From Candidatus Latescibacterota bacterium (lineage in GTDB: Bacteria > Latescibacterota > UBA2968 > UBA8231): a stretch of 64,000 nucleotides of DNA. Below, one piece after another: positions 60,227 to 64,000 of this stretch. How positions within the stretch are numbered: the first letter of the stretch is position 1; each line of letters starts with the position of its first letter. Below the pieces are notes generated by a model that saw only the letters and a program-made list of their open reading frames with translations, was not told the origin of the DNA and did no database searches. Made by a program: the position numbers and the translations under genes. Location: the NCBI GenBank assembly GCA_965208105.1, contig OZ242318.1, forward strand, positions 3,904,001 through 3,968,000. The letters run 5' to 3'.

Positions 60227-60969
60227 CTAGTGCGCTGTTAAAGAGTCGGCATTGAATTTTGTATTTTGGCGAGCTTGGCATCGTCCTGGTTTCGATTTCT
60301 CCATACGAGGTATTCCTGCATGTGCTGGCCGATGTCTCGATGGTCCCTTGGGTCGCTGTTCTTGATGACGAAGTAGTGGGCGGCCGTCATGTGGCATTCG
60401 AGACGGTTCATCCAGGAGGCGTTGGTAGCGATGAAGACGAGGGAGACTCGATGCTGCCGACACCATTGCCGAATCTTTTGGGTCGCGTGCGTCGACAAAT
60501 TGTCCAGAACGAGGTAGATGCGTTGGGCCTTGCGGTAGCGGTGCCGGATGGCCTTGAGGAAAGTGAGCACCTCCGAGGCGTGCTTCTTTCGCTTGTGATG
60601 CATCCACAGGACGTCCTCGTGGACGTTGTAGGCGCCGAAGAAATAGTGACCCCGGCGTGCCGGGTGTAGGTGGCTCGGTGCCGCACCGGGTGCTTCTGCG
60701 GCGCCCAGGAGGAGCCGGCATGGGGCTTGATCTGCACGGGTCCCATTTCGTCGAAGCAGACTACGACCGAGTCCTTCGGCGCACGCCGGTAGAGGCGGTC
60801 GATGCGTTTTTTTCTGAGGAGAAATCCGGATCCTTCGACTCTTTCCAGGTGCGGGTACGTTGGTAGGTGACCTTATGCCGGTCCAAGACCTTGGCGATGG
60901 TCACGTGCGAGACCTTGGGGATCATCTTGCGCCCGACCAGACAGTCGGTCATCTTGCGCAGCGACCACT
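60227..60969 (-). pseudogene. Second IS630 copy, 5'-truncated and frameshifted
   Basis: Near-identical to about 15795-16539; 1-nt deletion near 60647; left part missing at the IS110 junction. Confidence 0.9.
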
Positions 60970-61039
60970 GATATGTATTGACGGTTGTCAACCCTCTCCG
61001 GGGTGGTCGTTTCGGGTGTTATCTTTGCATAGTTTGTTC

Positions 61040-61208
61040 GGGGACAGATGGGACGCTGTAGCGACGGTTGATCCGACTGATATTCGCGGGTTGGCTACCG
61101 CCTGTCCTGGGTGCGTCGCGGAGCGGCCTCAATCTAGAGTCGAGGGTCAGCCTGAAAAGGCGCCTCATAGTGTCTTCGAGGATTCTCCTGACCGGTCCCT
61201 TCTGTCCC
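61040..61208 (-). ncRNA. Putative bridge/seek RNA of the IS110
   Basis: Closed by the GGGACAGAAGGGAC / GTCCCATCTGTCCC stem; internal segments match the target (CACTA, CTAG) and the element end (ATATCAG). Confidence 0.65.
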
Positions 61209-61262
61209 GTTTCGATTTACATGAGCAAAGGTCCTATGCCGGCTTCTGAGACGATGAGCTTA

Positions 61263-62402
61263 TCAGGCGGCGATCCGAGGTCTCCTGGCCACGAGGCGGC
61301 CGGGGCGTTTCTGCTCCCAGGCGATGGCCCAGATGAAACCCAAAAGCTCCCGCGCGATCGCGGTGCAGACTTTGTTTTTCGGCATCCCTCGCCCACTCAG
61401 CCGTCGATAGCGTCCACACAGGCGTTTCTGTGCCTTCCAGGCGATGGCCTGTATGGGGGGTGCGGTCTGTTCGGCGCGTCGTTGCAAGGCGGCCGTCTTG
61501 CGGGCGGGAAAGCGATAGCACCAGGCCGCTTCCACCAGCACGCGCCGCACGTGGGCGTTGCCCGCCTTGGTGATCGCCCCTCGCTTTTGGCGGGAGCCGC
61601 TGGAATGCTCGCTGGGGACCAGACCGACGAAGGCCATCAGTTGGCGCGGCGAGTCAAAGCGGGTGAGGTCCCCCAACTCGGCCAGGGTCGTAACCGCGGT
61701 GAGCGTGTCTACCCCGCGCAGCGCCCTCATAGCCCGCGTCTCCCCTTCCAAAGACCATCCCTCCAGCGCCTGCTGCAGGGCCTGGTCCAACCCCTGGATC
61801 CGACCTTGGGCTTCCTGTACCGCGTCCACGTATTCCTGAAAGACGATCTGCTGGGCCGGATGATCGAAGCGCTGGGTCTGCAGCCAGCGAAAGTGGGCTT
61901 GGGTCCAGCGACTGCGCCCGGAGTAGATCCGGCCGTGGCGCTGCAAGAAGCTGTTCAGCCGCTGGCGCACGCGGCGCTCGGCGTGCTTGAAGTCTTCCCG
62001 GCAGCGCTCCAGATCGCGCATCGCCTCCTGCGCTTGGTCGGGCACCCACACGGGGGTCAACTCGCCGTGTTGGAAAAGCCGCACCAGAGACACAGCATCG
62101 CGGCGGTCGGTCTTGATGCGGTCGCCCGGCCGACGCGGGATCAGCGAGGGCGCCACCACCGTGCAGGCGTGCCCTAGGGCTGTGAGCTGACGGTAGACGC
62201 CGTAGCCGCAGGGTCCGGCCTCGTAGCAAAACCGCAACGACGTCTCCGAGCCGGCCAGTTTGGCCGCCAGTTGGGACAACGCGGCGCCCGTAGAAGGTAT
62301 CGTTCCATACAGGTCCGGCCCTTTTCGGCCTTCACCGGCCAGGGCGACGGTGATCGAATCTTTATGTATGTCCAAGGCGACGAATTTCGTAGATTTACGC
62401 AT
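61263..62402 (-). CDS. IS110 DEDD recombinase/transposase
   Basis: ALDIHK, CYEAGP, KTDRRDA, GLVPSEHSSG; GGAGGAGG RBS. Confidence 0.95.
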   Translation of the reverse strand: MRKSTKFVALDIHKDSITVALAGEGRKGPDLYGTIPSTGAALSQLAAKLAGSETSLRFCYEAGPCGYGVYRQLTALGHACTVVAPSLIPRRPGDRIKTDRRDAVSLVRLFQHGELTPVWVPDQAQEAMRDLERCREDFKHAERRVRQRLNSFLQRHGRIYSGRSRWTQAHFRWLQTQRFDHPAQQIVFQEYVDAVQEAQGRIQGLDQALQQALEGWSLEGETRAMRALRGVDTLTAVTTLAELGDLTRFDSPRQLMAFVGLVPSEHSSGSRQKRGAITKAGNAHVRRVLVEAAWCYRFPARKTAALQRRAEQTAPPIQAIAWKAQKRLCGRYRRLSGRGMPKNKVCTAIARELLGFIWAIAWEQKRPGRLVARRPRIAA

Positions 62403-62516
62403 GGCCTCCTCCTTTTCGCTGGGGATAGGTCTTTGGGTGAACTCCGTTTTCCCAAAGATAACCCCCGAAAACCGAAATCGGAGGAGGTCTTTCATATCTC
62501 CGTCAATACATAAGGT

Positions 62517-63410
62517 CTAGCGCTCGATCTCATCGGTATGAGAGCTGATAATTCCATATGTCTCCGGGCGGCGGTCGCGATACATGAAATGCAGGCGGCG
62601 TGCATGGAGCAGGTGGTCTCTGTCAATGACCACGTTCAGAACCTCCTCGCGGTCATTGCTGCCCTCGGTCATCAGCTCACCCAGAGGGTCGAAAGCGATG
62701 CTGCGCCCTCCCATTAGAATGGGCATGTCCGGAGCTGGCACCCAGCCAATGCTGTTGGCAGCGAGGATGTAGGCAATATTTTCGAAGGCACGGGTGGCCA
62801 GAAGCTCCTTCCAGATAGTCTTTTTCGTATCCGAGATTCCAAACGGCGCCAGAATCGCCTCGGCTCCCGACAGTGCAAGACAACGGGCAGCCTCGGGGAA
62901 GTAGGCGTCATAGCAGAGGAGGATGCCTATCTTCCAGGCCCCGATCCGGAATACCGGATAGCGAGAGCCGGTGCGGAAGTAGATCGACTCGATTCCCAGG
63001 TCCGTTACTATCTCACCGTCGATCAGGATGTGCCTCTGGCCGCCAATATGGGTCTTGCGGTACTTGCCGACGATGTCCCCTCCGGGCCCGATCAGGATGG
63101 CCGTGTCGTAGAACAGATCGGTTCCGTCGCGCTCGAAGATGGTAGCCACGATATGGCACCGGTACTGTGCGGCTTTCGATCTCATGGTGGCTATGGCAGG
63201 ATCCTCAACGGTGGATGCGAGGTCGAAAAGGGCATAGTCGCGCGAGGCAGGGAAGAAGCCGGTGCTCCAGTACTCGGGCAGAAGGATCGCGTCGGAACCC
63301 TCCGCAGCCGCCAGGTCGACGAGGCGAACGGCCGTCTCGATGTTGCGTTCGACTTCTCCGACCGCGCTTTCCATCTGGATCAGCCCGACATTTAAATTTT
63401 CAGGAGCCAT
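62517..63410 (-). CDS. Carbon-nitrogen hydrolase (nitrilase superfamily)
   Basis: E-K-C triad motifs LLPEYW, YRKTH, LCYD; RDRRPETY. Confidence 0.9.
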   Translation of the reverse strand: MAPENLNVGLIQMESAVGEVERNIETAVRLVDLAAAEGSDAILLPEYWSTGFFPASRDYALFDLASTVEDPAIATMRSKAAQYRCHIVATIFERDGTDLFYDTAILIGPGGDIVGKYRKTHIGGQRHILIDGEIVTDLGIESIYFRTGSRYPVFRIGAWKIGILLCYDAYFPEAARCLALSGAEAILAPFGISDTKKTIWKELLATRAFENIAYILAANSIGWVPAPDMPILMGGRSIAFDPLGELMTEGSNDREEVLNVVIDRDHLLHARRLHFMYRDRRPETYGIISSHTDEIER

Positions 63411-63603
63411 TGGTCCATACCCGGGGGTTCCAGGGGTGTTTCGGGTCCCGGCGTCGCCGTGCTGATGCGGACCCCGGAAGGGCGCAAATTAATCTTTTCA
63501 AGCTAACCCGCAGTTCATATTATAATCGAAATATAAGCGAAAAATATATAAGCGAAAAACCCATACTGAAGCTGTCAACTTGCATGCAACCGACCTGTCT
63601 AGG

Positions 63604-64000
63604 ATGGAGAACAGCACCTTTCAAAAGAACCTGGATCTCCTGAATAATCAGGGGTTTCTGCTGATCGAGCAGGCCCTGGACCGTGAAACGGTAGATTCAT
63701 GGGCGCGAACTTTGTACGATCTCTACGATGAAGGTCGGCATCAGGTCGACAACAGTGTCGGCAACGTGGCCTTCGAGAAGCTGCTGGAATTGCAGCCCGA
63801 GAGATCCAGACGACTGGTAGGGCACGAAAGTGTTGCTCCCTACCTGCAGTCGGTGCTGGGCAAACAGTGCCAGCTGCGCAGTATAAGGGCGCACCTCAAT
63901 CCCCGGGACTACCTCCAGGAATGGCACATGGATTTCTACGATTACTGGTACCAGGAGGAAAAAGCCGGGGCCAGCCGTCCTCTGGCCGGAACCTGCATGA
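63604..64000 (+). CDS. PhyH-like dioxygenase, N-terminal part (runs off window)
   Basis: MENSTFQKNLDLLNNQGFLLIEQAL...QEWHMD; frame open to the window end. Confidence 0.7.
   Translation, partial: MENSTFQKNLDLLNNQGFLLIEQALDRETVDSWARTLYDLYDEGRHQVDNSVGNVAFEKLLELQPERSRRLVGHESVAPYLQSVLGKQCQLRSIRAHLNPRDYLQEWHMDFYDYWYQEEKAGASRPLAGTCM

Larger units (their letters stand above)
60968..62518 (-). mobile_element. IS110 family, IS1111-type insertion sequence
   Basis: Subterminal 13-bp IR TATGTATTGACGG (60972-84 / 62500-12), AG core at both junctions, about 290-bp non-coding right end. Confidence 0.9.

Noticed and set aside
60968-60995. Circle-junction promoter from the outward TTGACA at the IS110 right end
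   Set aside because: No convincing -10 falls at 16-18 bp in the predicted junction, so it was not called.
53986-62520. tRNA-anchored genomic island
   Set aside because: No duplicated tRNA 3' end (att site) or integrase was found in the window.

Overview
High-GC bacterial window. The lineage is probably FCB-superphylum, Latescibacterota-like. This is inferred from a FlgD-type sorting domain, a C-terminal SWGxLK motif, DUF6785-type membrane proteins and several PhyH genes; it is not proven. (1) 1-17.3 kb is a defence island: a Wadjet-like jetABCD SMC/Toprim operon, a SauUSI-like PLD-helicase-DUF3427 nuclease and Hachiman hamAB. It ends in collapsed gene stubs (DUF262, M48 peptidase, AbiEii) and an IS630. 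(2) 17-38 kb is accessory metabolism plus toxin-antitoxin genes, including three paralogous glycosidase-like beta-propellers around a large membrane protein. (3) 38-54 kb is core genes: ispG, DAHP synthase, rpsT, a CysM/Mec/CysO/CysK cluster, aspS, a LysM pair, phoH-HD-ybeY-corC and tRNA-fMet. (4) 54-64 kb holds a repeat-rich autotransporter and a nested MITE/IS630/IS110 stack. The best unannotated signals are: a complete Phe/Tyr/Trp leader-peptide attenuator upstream of DAHP synthase; an IS1111-type IS110 whose downstream non-coding (bridge/seek-like) RNA carries CTAG and CACTA segments matching the CTAGTG termini of other mobile elements, with a second orphan copy joined to such an end; three MITE families, two sharing a covarying 55-bp core and one carrying a promoter; and repeated toxin or active-site inactivation by internal deletion. 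All alignments were done by eye.
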